NCBI GenBank assembly: GCA_964385425.1
Contig: CAYLOQ010000002.1
Span: 12,714-76,713 of the forward strand
Length of the DNA: 64,000 bases
Origin: Candidatus Woesearchaeota archaeon
Lineage (GTDB): Archaea > Nanobdellota > Nanobdellia > Pacearchaeales > GW2011-AR1
Reading direction: 5' to 3'
Both the position numbers and the translations under genes were made by a program. The notes below the pieces were generated by a model. The model searched no databases. It saw only the letters and a list, made by a program, of their open reading frames with translations, and had not been told where the DNA came from. Shown in pieces: positions 38,521 to 48,143 of this stretch; position 1 is the first letter of the stretch, and each line of letters opens with the position of its first letter.

Positions 38521-39444
38521 CTATTCATTTGCCATTTTAATCAACTCCAGCCATTTATTTTCAGAATGAATTTTCAATTCAGGAATGGCAAGTTCATAAG
38601 GACATCTTTTGATTGACTGATGTTTTCTTATGAAATTATAAAAGATTTCATAACCTTTCATTATTGCATTTGCACTTTCAACTGAACCATGAAAACCTCT
38701 GAAAGTTTTTGTTCTCTCACGAATTGAATTGTGCAATCTTTCAATCATAATGTTAAACCCTTCTCCTTTTGAAGCATTAACCTGATTATGAATAACATTT
38801 AGTTTGTGAGTTTTATTAGAAAATCCATAAACTTTCTTGATTGCGTTTGGATAAGCAAGAAGTCCGTCAGAAGTTACAATCTTAATCTGCTCTCCTGTCT
38901 TTTGTTTTGCTTTTGATAAAACAAACTTCAATTCTTTCTGTTCTCTTGCCATTACATATTCAGAGGAAATCATAAATCTTGTTTTGCTGTCAATACAATC
39001 AATAAACCAATTTTTATCAACACCTTTTTTATTGTAAAATTTTCTTCTGTGATATTCCATTTCATCAACTTGAATTTCTCTTCCAATTTTAAGATTAAGA
39101 TTGTCTGTAAATTTTGAAATCATTATTGAATATTTTCTGATCCATCTTAAAACAGAAGTATGGTCAGAGTTATGAGGATAAAATGCTTTGAAGTGTTCCT
39201 GAACTTTTCTTGTTGAAACTCCTCTGTAAAACAAATCCAAAGCACAAGTTATTTTCTTTGGATGATTTCTCATTCTGAAAAATCCGTAGTTAATTGTAAA
39301 AGTTTTATCACAATCATTGCATTTGTATCTTTGAATTATTCCTCTGTTTTGAGTTTTTCTTTTTGTCCATTTAATTATGTTTTTGTTTTTGCAATTAGGA
39401 CAGCAAATTTTATTAATACTCTTTTGTTCTCTTACTTGTTTCAT
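38521..39444 (-). CDS. DDE transposase (IS6/IS1-like) with N-terminal Zn ribbon and HTH
   Basis: CPNC...QRYKC..C, GVSTRKV, QVDE, TSDG..AY, N..IERLH...RER motifs. Confidence 0.9.
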   Translation of the reverse strand: MKQVREQKSINKICCPNCKNKNIIKWTKRKTQNRGIIQRYKCNDCDKTFTINYGFFRMRNHPKKITCALDLFYRGVSTRKVQEHFKAFYPHNSDHTSVLRWIRKYSIMISKFTDNLNLKIGREIQVDEMEYHRRKFYNKKGVDKNWFIDCIDSKTRFMISSEYVMAREQKELKFVLSKAKQKTGEQIKIVTSDGLLAYPNAIKKVYGFSNKTHKLNVIHNQVNASKGEGFNIMIERLHNSIRERTKTFRGFHGSVESANAIMKGYEIFYNFIRKHQSIKRCPYELAIPELKIHSENKWLELIKMANE

Positions 39445-39617
39445 TTTGTTTAGCGATAGGGTGAAACAGAGGGCTTTATGCCCTCTTTATCATTACTTAA
39501 GTAGGTATAACTTATTTAGGTAGGTAGACTATTTAAATATTTCGGTTATAAAGTTATTACTATAAAGGTAATACCTAAAAAAGTAAGATTTATATATGAT
39601 TAATTCTAATTTTAATT

Positions 39618-39758
39618 ATGGCAGAGATAACAATTAAAATCAAAGGTTTCAAATGTGAAAGATGCGGACATGAATGGGTACCAAGAAATAAAAAAGAAAA
39701 ACCAATAATTTGCCCTAAATGTAAAAGTCCATATTGGGATAAACCTAAGAAGAAATAA
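39618..39758 (+). CDS. 46-aa Zn-ribbon protein (not in ORF track), divergent from the transposase
   Basis: MAEITIKIKGFKCERCGHEWVPRNKKEKPIICPKCKSPYWDKPKKK; TATA at about 39589. Confidence 0.8.
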   Translation: MAEITIKIKGFKCERCGHEWVPRNKKEKPIICPKCKSPYWDKPKKK

Positions 39759-39917
39759 CTTTTTAATAGTTGAACCTCTCTCAGAGAATTCTTTTGGCAT
39801 TAACAATCTTTTTAGCGGAGAAATCAAGCGAAGCAGATTTCGGAACCAGTTAAATTTCTTTGGACAATTTGTTGGCTACGCCGAAAGATTAATAATGTTT
39901 TTTCTCTAATTTTTTCT

Positions 39918-40967
39918 ATGGAAGAAAAAACCCAAATGAAGTTTATTGCTTTTACAACAAAAGGTTTAGAAAGAATTTCAGAACAGGAATTAAAAAAAGA
40001 ATTTCCTGAAATTTCTATAAAGGGAGTCCAAATTAAGAGAATAATTTTTTCTATTCCCAACCCCAACTTTAAGAAATTTCTAAAACTTAAAACAATAGAT
40101 GATATTCATATTTTTCTGGAAGAATTTAAACTCTTTTCTTTAGATGAGGAAAGTGTATTAAACCAAATTCCTCTTGAAGACATAAAATCTGCTTTCGGTT
40201 TAATTTCTAATTTTAGAAAGACAAATAACACTTTTTCTTTAACCTTATCCAAATATCAGAATAATTCTATAAACATTGATTTACTAAAATCAAAAATGGA
40301 GAATATCTTAAGCCAATCTCTTAAGATGGAATTCACTGAAAGAGAACATCTTAATTTTGATATTCGTGTTTATATTGAAAAATCCAATCTTGCTTTCTCG
40401 GTTAAAATTCCAAAAGAAAGTCTTTACAATCGCAAATATCGGATTTGCGAAAAGAAAGGAGCATTAAAACCCACTATTGCTTCTGCTCTTTGTTTTTTAG
40501 TTGCTCCTGAAAAAAACAAAAAAATTGTGGATAATTTTTGTGGTGTTGGAACTATTTTATGCGAGGCAAGATTACAAGGGTTAGAGATTTATGGGGGTGA
40601 TATTGATGAGGAAAGTGTTGATTGTGCCACCAACAATATAAAAAATATTTCTCCAGATTCAATCAGAAACATAAAACTCCTTGATGCAACAAAAACTAAA
40701 TGGCCTAACTCCTTTTTTGATTATGCAATTTCAAATCTGCCCTGGGGAAAACAGGTTGATTTGAAGGGGATAGTAAAACTCTATTCTACTTCAATTTCGG
40801 AATATGCTAGGATATTAAAGGATAATGGAAGTTTAGTTTTGTTGGGGATGAAGCCTGATTTAATAGTTAAACATCTAAAAAAGAATTTTCCCAATCATAA
40901 GATTGAAAAATTTAAAATTGGTTTTTTAGGTCAGAATCCTTGGGTTGTTTCTGCTTTACCTGATTAG
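39918..40967 (+). CDS. THUMP-domain SAM-dependent RNA methyltransferase (Trm14/RlmL-like)
   Basis: TTKGLE.I...EL, ALKPTIA, DNFCGVGTI, GGDID and SNLPWG motifs. Confidence 0.85.
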   Translation: MEEKTQMKFIAFTTKGLERISEQELKKEFPEISIKGVQIKRIIFSIPNPNFKKFLKLKTIDDIHIFLEEFKLFSLDEESVLNQIPLEDIKSAFGLISNFRKTNNTFSLTLSKYQNNSINIDLLKSKMENILSQSLKMEFTEREHLNFDIRVYIEKSNLAFSVKIPKESLYNRKYRICEKKGALKPTIASALCFLVAPEKNKKIVDNFCGVGTILCEARLQGLEIYGGDIDEESVDCATNNIKNISPDSIRNIKLLDATKTKWPNSFFDYAISNLPWGKQVDLKGIVKLYSTSISEYARILKDNGSLVLLGMKPDLIVKHLKKNFPNHKIEKFKIGFLGQNPWVVSALPD

Positions 40968-41572
40968 TATAAATCCCAATTCGTTATTTTTTCAGAAAAA
41001 CCTATTATTACTTCCATTTCTTTTGGGATATATTTTGGTGCAAGAAAATAGGCAGTTAATCTTGCATGGCCTTCTAAGACTACAATTCTGGATTTTTTAT
41101 TTTTTACAACAAAAATCATTTTAGGAAATTTTTTCTTTTGTTTTATCACTGATAAAATTTCAAAAAATCCATCATTACTTACATCATATACTTTTTCACC
41201 TTTGCTTATTTTCTTTACTGCTTCAATTGGAAGACGCGATTTATTTGAGATTTCATTCCAATAACTATAATTAATATATTTCACTTTTTCTAATTCTTTT
41301 TTATCAAAGATAGATTTTACCCAGATTATATCTTTTGGAAAATTTTCAAAAATTTCTTTATTCTTTCCAAAACCCCTAATTTTCCCTAAAAGTTTTTTTC
41401 TGTATAAGTTTTCATTTTTATTTTCTAGATTTGGATTTAATAGAATTCTTTTTGATTTTTTATCTCTCTTTAAATTATCAAGTATATTCTTTTCAAACCT
41501 ACTTGAATTTATTTCTCCTTTCAAAAATTCAGCTATTACTTCATCTTCAAATATTTGTTTTATTATTTTCAT
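40964..41572 (-). CDS. Hypothetical protein with ParB/Srx-like motif
   Basis: VVLEGHARLTA resembles the DGxHR motif; ATG 41572 has a TATA upstream. Confidence 0.55.
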   Translation of the reverse strand: MKIIKQIFEDEVIAEFLKGEINSSRFEKNILDNLKRDKKSKRILLNPNLENKNENLYRKKLLGKIRGFGKNKEIFENFPKDIIWVKSIFDKKELEKVKYINYSYWNEISNKSRLPIEAVKKISKGEKVYDVSNDGFFEILSVIKQKKKFPKMIFVVKNKKSRIVVLEGHARLTAYFLAPKYIPKEMEVIIGFSEKITNWDLY

Positions 41573-41716
41573 AATATAAAAAAGAATTTGATACTTATAA
41601 ATTTGCACTGTTTCTCTTTTTAGAAAAAGAAGCAAAAGAACGGAACCCCAAACTTCTCTCCATTTATAATTCCGCCCAATTGGTTTTATCAACCTTTAAC
41701 GCACCAATGAATTATT

Positions 41717-42919
41717 CTATGGTTTGTTAAAACTATTGAGAAGTTTAAAATATTCTTCTTTATCGATAACCTTATCTGATTCAGAAAAACCAATCTGCTC
41801 TGCAAATTTCCAGAAAGCACGGGGTTTGTATCCTCTTTTTTTTAATGAAGCGATTGTCGGGAGCCGGGAATCCTGCCAACCAACATACTCCTTTTTTTCT
41901 ATAGCCTGTCTCATTTTTGTAGATGACAATTCCATATCTTTAAACTTGATTCTTCCCAAAAAAGCTGTCCATGGAAATTTCTTTCCAAGAACAGAAAAAA
42001 TCTTCTTCTGCCTCTCTGCATTATCTCTGTGGTCTTTTGCCCTTATGATGTGGGTCATTTTCAATTCAATGTCGTCAACTGCAACAGCAAAATTCATCAA
42101 AGGCCAAACACGATATTTGTTTCCTTGTCTTGGGTGTCTTGCAAGATTTATCCGTGCCAGTGGAAAATCCCTCATCGCAGGATTCTTATCTTTCATGTCA
42201 GACTTAAACCTTAAAACAGCTCCACCTTCTGAAAATCCTTTTTTATCCAACATTTTTCTCCATTTCTCAAGATTTTCCTTACTCCCCCTTCTTCTGCAGG
42301 GACAGTCTTTTTTTGCAGAAACAAATTCCTTAAATTTTTCCTGAGGACAGGTGCAGACATATACCGCATTTTTCTTTATTAGTTTCTCTGCGTATTTATA
42401 ATAAATTTTAATTCTGTCAGACTGGATTACTATTTTTGCTTTTTTGTCAAAAAGCCAGTCAGACTCTTTTTTTATCATCTCGTAGGCTTGTTTATAGATG
42501 TTCTCTGGATTAGTGTCTTCTATTCTTACATAGAATTTCCCGCCATATTTTTTCACAAACAAAAAAGAAAGGCTGGCTGTCAAGGCATGACCAACATGGA
42601 AGGGACCGGAGGCAGAAGGAGCAAACCTCATTACAACTTTTCCTTTTTTAGCACCAGGCAATTTTGGAAGTCCTTCCCTACCTTTTCTTTTATGCACCTC
42701 TTTTCTTAATTTTTTGAATTCTTTTCTCTGATCTTCAACAGAAAGGGAATTAATCTTAAAAATTATTTCAGAAATCTTTTTTCCGTATTTCTTGACCTCA
42801 CTTTTTTTCAGGCCTTCGTTGAATAGGGAAGAAATTACAGAACCCATTCTCGCAGTTCCGTCATAAGAAAGCGCATTTTTCAGAGCATAAGCCTTTGTCT
42901 TTTTTTCTAGGTTTTTCAT
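41717..42919 (-). CDS. gltX: Glutamate--tRNA ligase, archaeal type, lacking the C-terminal anticodon-binding domains
   Basis: RFAPSASGPFHVGH, RIEDTNP, YVCTC, VWP..NFA.AVDD, THIIRAKDH, GW.D.RLPT; ends just after the catalytic core. Confidence 0.9.
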   Translation of the reverse strand: MKNLEKKTKAYALKNALSYDGTARMGSVISSLFNEGLKKSEVKKYGKKISEIIFKINSLSVEDQRKEFKKLRKEVHKRKGREGLPKLPGAKKGKVVMRFAPSASGPFHVGHALTASLSFLFVKKYGGKFYVRIEDTNPENIYKQAYEMIKKESDWLFDKKAKIVIQSDRIKIYYKYAEKLIKKNAVYVCTCPQEKFKEFVSAKKDCPCRRRGSKENLEKWRKMLDKKGFSEGGAVLRFKSDMKDKNPAMRDFPLARINLARHPRQGNKYRVWPLMNFAVAVDDIELKMTHIIRAKDHRDNAERQKKIFSVLGKKFPWTAFLGRIKFKDMELSSTKMRQAIEKKEYVGWQDSRLPTIASLKKRGYKPRAFWKFAEQIGFSESDKVIDKEEYFKLLNSFNKP

Positions 42920-43449
42920 TTTAATTCTCTAAGTGCCTCATTTACTATTTTCTTTGTAGATTTTCCATCAACTAAAATAACCTTTTCATTATTTAATTCT
43001 TTGTCATAAATTCTTTTATAGAGCTCTTTTAGATCTTTTATTGGGACAACACGGCGTCTAATTGAATTACGGGCTTTTATTGTTCCCCATTTTGCCTTTA
43101 GGAGAACTAAATCTATTCTTGCTCCGTATTTTTTACCGAGGGAAATAGCTTTTTCAATATCTATTGATTTATCTTCGGAATACTCGACCCAAATATCCTC
43201 TGTTATAACAGTATAACCAGCTCTCAAATAATTTTCAAGTGCAAACATGTAATTCTTGAAAGAGATTTCAAAATCTTTTTTGTCTCTCTCATCATGCGCC
43301 GTCATTATCCATTTAAATTCGTCCACTATTAATAGGGCTATTTTACCCTTTAGGTTCTTTACCAACTCCCTTGCCAGTGTGCTTTTCCCTACTGCAGGAC
43401 ATCCCCTAATTATTATAAGTCTTTTTGTTTCTAATTTCATTTTCTTCAT
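42916..43449 (-). CDS. P-loop kinase (AAA_33-like)
   Basis: LIIIRGCPAVGKST and R...R lid motif. Confidence 0.8.
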   Translation of the reverse strand: MKKMKLETKRLIIIRGCPAVGKSTLARELVKNLKGKIALLIVDEFKWIMTAHDERDKKDFEISFKNYMFALENYLRAGYTVITEDIWVEYSEDKSIDIEKAISLGKKYGARIDLVLLKAKWGTIKARNSIRRRVVPIKDLKELYKRIYDKELNNEKVILVDGKSTKKIVNEALRELK

Positions 43450-43838
43450 AAAGGCAAATAAGGTTTAATTGCTTTTCTTAGTTGTGGCCTTGTCCACTTT
43501 TTTTGAAACGTATCAAAATCTAGATTATTTAATTTGGGATACTTTTCCCCAATTATTCTCCTAGAATCAGTAACATCCAAAACAATTATTTTTTTACCTT
43601 TTATTTTATAATGTTTTCTTAAAAGGGGTTTATGTTTTTTTCTTACAACTATTATTATATCTGCCCAATCAACATCTTTTTGATTAAACGGATTGTGCGC
43701 TTTCTTATTAATTATTCCAAAACCAATTCCCCCAAACCTTGTATTGTAGCCCTTGTTTTTTAGATATGAAGCCAAATATCTGCTTCTATTCAAACCCATT
43801 GAGCAAACAACAAGAACCCTTTTCTTTCTTGCCCCCAT
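43446..43838 (-). CDS. Low-molecular-weight phosphatase-like protein
   Basis: VLVVCSMGLNRS (CX5R), WADIIIV, VLDV.D. Confidence 0.8.
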   Translation of the reverse strand: MGARKKRVLVVCSMGLNRSRYLASYLKNKGYNTRFGGIGFGIINKKAHNPFNQKDVDWADIIIVVRKKHKPLLRKHYKIKGKKIIVLDVTDSRRIIGEKYPKLNNLDFDTFQKKWTRPQLRKAIKPYLPL

Positions 43839-43869
43839 AACACCAAAAAAGAAAGAACTGTTAATAAAT

Positions 43870-45648
43870 TTATTTAATATATCCTCCTTTTTGAAGATTC
43901 CAGAGTCTTTTATATTCTCCTTCTTGCTTAATCAAATCTTCATGTTTCCCTTCCTGGACAATCTCTCCTTTCTTCATGACAACTATTCTATCAGCACCCA
44001 TTATTGTTGATAGCCTGTGTGCTATCATTATAGCGGTCCTTCCTTTTAATAGCTTTGTTAAACTTTTTTGAATTTCATGTTCTGTTTCAGAATCCAGAGA
44101 AGAAGTTGCTTCATCTAGAACAAGGATCTTCTTATTTGCTAGAATTGCTCTTGCGATTGAAACCCTCTGCCTCTCACCACCAGAGAGCTTTACACCTCTT
44201 TCGCCAACAAGGGTATTTTCTCTTTTTGGAAATTCCTTAATTATCTTATCCAGCTGTGCAAATTTTATGGCTTTCATGACTTCTCCTTTTGTTGCCCTTG
44301 GATTTGAAAAGCGTATATTATTGTATAATGTATCATCGAATAAAATCCCTTCTTGTGGAACAACACTGAATTCGCTCCTTAGTGATTCTTGTTTAAATTC
44401 CTCTATGTCCTGACCATCTATCAAGATAGCGCCTGCCTTAACATCGTAAAACCTGTATAGCAGTTTGATTAGGGTGGTCTTACCAGAACCAGAGTGTCCA
44501 ACAAGGGCAACTTTTTCATTTGGTTTTATCCTAAGGTCAAAATTTCTGAATATCTTTCTCTTTCCATAGTCGAAATCAATATTAACAAACTCAATTTCCC
44601 CTCCCCCAACTTTTAATTCTCTTGCACCAGAACGATCCGTAATATCGTTTTTTATTTTACCATACTCGAATAAGTCCTGGAAATCAGCCATGGCTCTATA
44701 AAACCCCCTCATGCCCCAGACAAATCCAAACATAGGGCCAACAACATTACCATAGACAGTGTAAATAAAGACGAGAGTTCCTATTGTTATTTCTTTGTTT
44801 AGGAAATCTACCAAAGGGAAATAAACTAAGAGGATGAGTCCCAAAGCCAAAATAAAAATCTGACCAGCATCAAACCACCTGAAATATCCCCAGTACTTGA
44901 GTGAAAATCTTTTGGTCTTCCTTGTAAGCTCTTCAAATTTTCTCTCAATAATATTTTCTTTTCCAAAATACTTTATCGAATCTATATTGGTGAAAATATC
45001 ACTGACAAACCCTTTTTCCCTGTCTTCATACGCATTCATCTTTAACCTATGTTTTTGCTGAATTCGTTGTATCATATAACTATAAGAGATGAATAAGATA
45101 GATACCCCTACTACCACTAAAGCAGAGGTAATGCTGAAATAAGCCAAAGCAATCCCAACAATAACTAACTGGAAAATTAAGGGAGCAAAGTTAAAGGCAG
45201 CAATATCTGTCATGGTCTCTATTGCTCCAGCGCCCCTTATTATTCTAGAGATTAATGAACCTGTCTTGTGTGTGCCATGGAAATCGTGAGATAACCCTAA
45301 AATATGATTAAAGTATTTTCTTTTTAATTCAAGGATTAAATTAGAGTCTAAGATGGTTAATAGATGCACACTGATCCATTTCCCAACAGCTCTTATTATT
45401 GATACCCCTATAAAAACACCTGCTATAATAATCAGTGTTTGAACAAATACTGTTTTTTCTAAATTCCCCATAATAAATTCTGCTCCGTCATCAACAATTA
45501 TCTTAAATAAGAATTTATCCACTAAGAAAAGAGTTTCTACTACGAGGGTAATTAATAGAAGACTGAAAAATCCCCTTTTATACTTCCTTAAAATATTCCA
45601 ATATTCTCTCAGGTTATATTTGAAGTTTATCTTATTTCTTTTAGCCAT
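43870..45648 (-). CDS. ABC exporter, fused permease/ATPase
   Basis: TM domain plus GHSGSGKT, LSGGERQR, LDEATSSLD and IAHRLST. Confidence 0.95.
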   Translation of the reverse strand: MAKRNKINFKYNLREYWNILRKYKRGFFSLLLITLVVETLFLVDKFLFKIIVDDGAEFIMGNLEKTVFVQTLIIIAGVFIGVSIIRAVGKWISVHLLTILDSNLILELKRKYFNHILGLSHDFHGTHKTGSLISRIIRGAGAIETMTDIAAFNFAPLIFQLVIVGIALAYFSITSALVVVGVSILFISYSYMIQRIQQKHRLKMNAYEDREKGFVSDIFTNIDSIKYFGKENIIERKFEELTRKTKRFSLKYWGYFRWFDAGQIFILALGLILLVYFPLVDFLNKEITIGTLVFIYTVYGNVVGPMFGFVWGMRGFYRAMADFQDLFEYGKIKNDITDRSGARELKVGGGEIEFVNIDFDYGKRKIFRNFDLRIKPNEKVALVGHSGSGKTTLIKLLYRFYDVKAGAILIDGQDIEEFKQESLRSEFSVVPQEGILFDDTLYNNIRFSNPRATKGEVMKAIKFAQLDKIIKEFPKRENTLVGERGVKLSGGERQRVSIARAILANKKILVLDEATSSLDSETEHEIQKSLTKLLKGRTAIMIAHRLSTIMGADRIVVMKKGEIVQEGKHEDLIKQEGEYKRLWNLQKGGYIK

Positions 45649-45690
45649 TTTAAGCGAATAGTTTAAATATTAGTGACTCTTCTAATTTGT

Positions 45691-45804
45691 ATGGGAAAAG
45701 GACAAATCCCGATTGGCAATCCCCTAAAAACAGATATTGATAATCCTGATTTAGAGGAAAATGATTCTGATGAATTTGATTCTTTTGATGATGAATATGA
45801 ATGA
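45691..45804 (+). CDS. 37-aa highly acidic peptide (not in ORF track)
   Basis: MGKGQIPIGNPLKTDIDNPDLEENDSDEFDSFDDEYE; TTTAAATA starts 29 nt upstream. Confidence 0.5.
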   Translation: MGKGQIPIGNPLKTDIDNPDLEENDSDEFDSFDDEYE

Positions 45805-45866
45805 ATTATTTCTCTTTTCATAAACGCAAAAATACAAAAGAACTTATAAATTTATTTAAACTTTAT

Positions 45867-46196
45867 TTAACTTGCTTTTCTCTCTAACACCTCTATCCTC
45901 TGCTGTAAATGATAAATCTGATTCGATAAATCCTCAAGCCTATTCGTCATCTCTACCAGTCTTTTTGCAAGTCTTTTTTTTCTGTCTTCTCCTGAAGAAA
46001 CATCCATGACTTCTGATTGGCTGCTTTCTTGCTTTGAACCAGAAGCCAGACCTCCGAGAAAATCGAAAGCACTCCCTGAAGATCCTTGTACATTTTCAGA
46101 AGATTCAGCAGCTATTTCTTCCTTTTCTTTCTGTCTCCTATACCTTTCCCCTAGATCAATAATTCCTCTCTTCCTGCCTAATCCAAACAAGCCCAT
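45867..46196 (-). CDS. Hypothetical protein with C-terminal coiled coil
   Basis: IIDL motif and heptad LEDLSNQIYHLQQRIEVLERK. Confidence 0.65.
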   Translation of the reverse strand: MGLFGLGRKRGIIDLGERYRRQKEKEEIAAESSENVQGSSGSAFDFLGGLASGSKQESSQSEVMDVSSGEDRKKRLAKRLVEMTNRLEDLSNQIYHLQQRIEVLERKAS

Positions 46197-46279
46197 ATAT
46201 AATAAAAGAAGCAATGATTTTTAAATTTACTTGTGGTAATTAGAAACATTTTTTAAATACTCAAACCATCTATTAAGAC

Positions 46280-47716
46280 ATGGTCGCAACAATCGCACAG
46301 ATTATCGGAAAGATAAACCCAAAACTCTATGCGAGCAACGGAAAAGCTTTGCTGAAAAAATATAGATTTGCCGAAAATATTCCTGCAGACGAAGTTAAAG
46401 AAAAACCAATGGAAGAACATATTCTATTTTATGATTCCAGTTCAGAAACTCTCGAGCCAGTTTACTTTTTTGTTCTTGACTTAATGAATGATTTTGATCT
46501 TGAAACAGAGAAACTAATGGACAATTTCACATCTTCTCCCGGTTCAGGACACTTCGCTGAGTTAGGACAGAGGGCAACAATCATGCAACAACAAGGGACC
46601 AAGATTCTGGCAGATATCAACACGGTTTTAAGAAGTGTCTTAAATATCATCTATGATCTGAAAGAATTTAGGATAAGGTTGGATAATTATAACGACTTAA
46701 ATACAAATAAAAAAGAAGGGGCCATCTTAGCACTGAAACAAATATGGCTGGACAAGGTAGATATTACTAAGGGGAATTCAAGTATAAAGGCCATGGCTCT
46801 AGGACAAGCAGGATTTCAAACCTTGTTAGACGCTTTTTTATCTGTTAAGGATTTAAGGGACGTAGATAAAATAGACTTGAATGATAGGATAAAGAGAATC
46901 CTAAGACCGAGAATTTTGGAGTTTAATAGTTGGCTGGAACAATCTGAAAAAGAATTACGGAAGAGGTATGAAATTGAGAGGACATATTTGGGTAGTCAGG
47001 TTAACAGTCTAAAGCTTTATTCGAGATGGGCAAGGCCTTATTTGAGGATGGCCCAGCAACTAGAGATGAAAGAGCAAGGGAGAGAGCCTGCCTTAGTGAA
47101 AGTTTTCAATACCATTCTTCTTGAATTGACCCTCCTCGGAAAATTGAAATTAGACATTAAAGAGAAGGTTATTGCAAAAGATCTCCCAAAACATTTGGAA
47201 AATTATAAACCTGGAAGGAATTGTTACAGTTGTGTTTTAGTTGATTTTAAGTTTAGGGGAATTCCACAAAAAGTAAGTGGTGCACAACCACACTACGTCT
47301 TTGGGGGGAGGGCGGAAATAAGCTTCAGGTCTTACGTACTTAATGAAGACGAAATAAAAAAATTGGACGAAGAGCTCGAACAATCAGATGTTGCCGACGT
47401 TTTAGAGTTAATAGAAGGAGCAACAACAAAGAGCCTGAGTGAACTACAGGAGGAAATTAATTTTTTCCTGGAAGAAGATATAGAAGGATCAGGAACTAAA
47501 GAGAGTTCAAATCCATTTGTTGCATTAATCGGGGGTTATGAAAAAAAAGAAAAAACAAAGAAAAAAGAAAAAACAAAGAAAGTTGGAAGAATAAAACCAG
47601 ATAGTTTTTTTGAGAAAGAGCTTTTGAGACCTATTTCAGAAGAGATTGCAACAGATTTAGCCTTTAAACTATTCGATGTCTATAAAAAATCCCACGGCAT
47701 GCCGAGTTATGTTTAA
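46280..47716 (+). CDS. Hypothetical helical protein (478 aa)
   Basis: Long ORF with TATA upstream; no function recognised. Confidence 0.7.
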   Translation: MVATIAQIIGKINPKLYASNGKALLKKYRFAENIPADEVKEKPMEEHILFYDSSSETLEPVYFFVLDLMNDFDLETEKLMDNFTSSPGSGHFAELGQRATIMQQQGTKILADINTVLRSVLNIIYDLKEFRIRLDNYNDLNTNKKEGAILALKQIWLDKVDITKGNSSIKAMALGQAGFQTLLDAFLSVKDLRDVDKIDLNDRIKRILRPRILEFNSWLEQSEKELRKRYEIERTYLGSQVNSLKLYSRWARPYLRMAQQLEMKEQGREPALVKVFNTILLELTLLGKLKLDIKEKVIAKDLPKHLENYKPGRNCYSCVLVDFKFRGIPQKVSGAQPHYVFGGRAEISFRSYVLNEDEIKKLDEELEQSDVADVLELIEGATTKSLSELQEEINFFLEEDIEGSGTKESSNPFVALIGGYEKKEKTKKKEKTKKVGRIKPDSFFEKELLRPISEEIATDLAFKLFDVYKKSHGMPSYV

Positions 47717-47768
47717 ATCAGATTTATAATTCTTGTGAAGTAGTGGGGGAAATGAATTAGGTATGATA

Positions 47769-48092
47769 TTATCTTATCCTATAAATGTCAGAACTCTCCA
47801 AAGGTCTGTAAACAATCCCTTTATCTGTTTGATCTGCAAGTAAGATACGACCACCAGGCATCACGAGATCTGCAAACAAATCTCTATCCACCATCTCTGT
47901 TCTTACAACACTATCTTTGGGGACGAATTCATATTTACTTATATAATTAAGTCCTAAGGTTGTAACCAGAAAAGTTATTCCACATAAAATACCTGTAATC
48001 AGCGAAGTTTTTATAGATCTCTTTTTAAATTCAGGATTATTCAAGTCTTGGATAAATCCTTCAATACCTTCCAAGGGAGTATATCTTCCCAT
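47769..48092 (-). CDS. Hypothetical single-TM protein
   Basis: ORF with one hydrophobic helix. Confidence 0.55.
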   Translation of the reverse strand: MGRYTPLEGIEGFIQDLNNPEFKKRSIKTSLITGILCGITFLVTTLGLNYISKYEFVPKDSVVRTEMVDRDLFADLVMPGGRILLADQTDKGIVYRPLESSDIYRIR

Positions 48093-48143
48093 AACTTTCC
48101 CTTAACCCCCCCCCTATTTAAATCTTGTGAAATGGAGCAAGAA

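Larger units (their letters stand above)
38483..41711. mobile_element. 3229-bp DDE transposon with passenger genes
   Basis: Imperfect terminal IRs (outer 11 bp TTCATTGGTGC exact) and 9-bp flanking direct repeat TTATTCTAT at 38474-38482 and 41712-41720. Confidence 0.88.

Noticed and set aside
39612..40066. Minus-strand ORFs 39612..39827 and 39824..40066
   Set aside because: They are antisense to the better-supported Zn-ribbon and methyltransferase genes.
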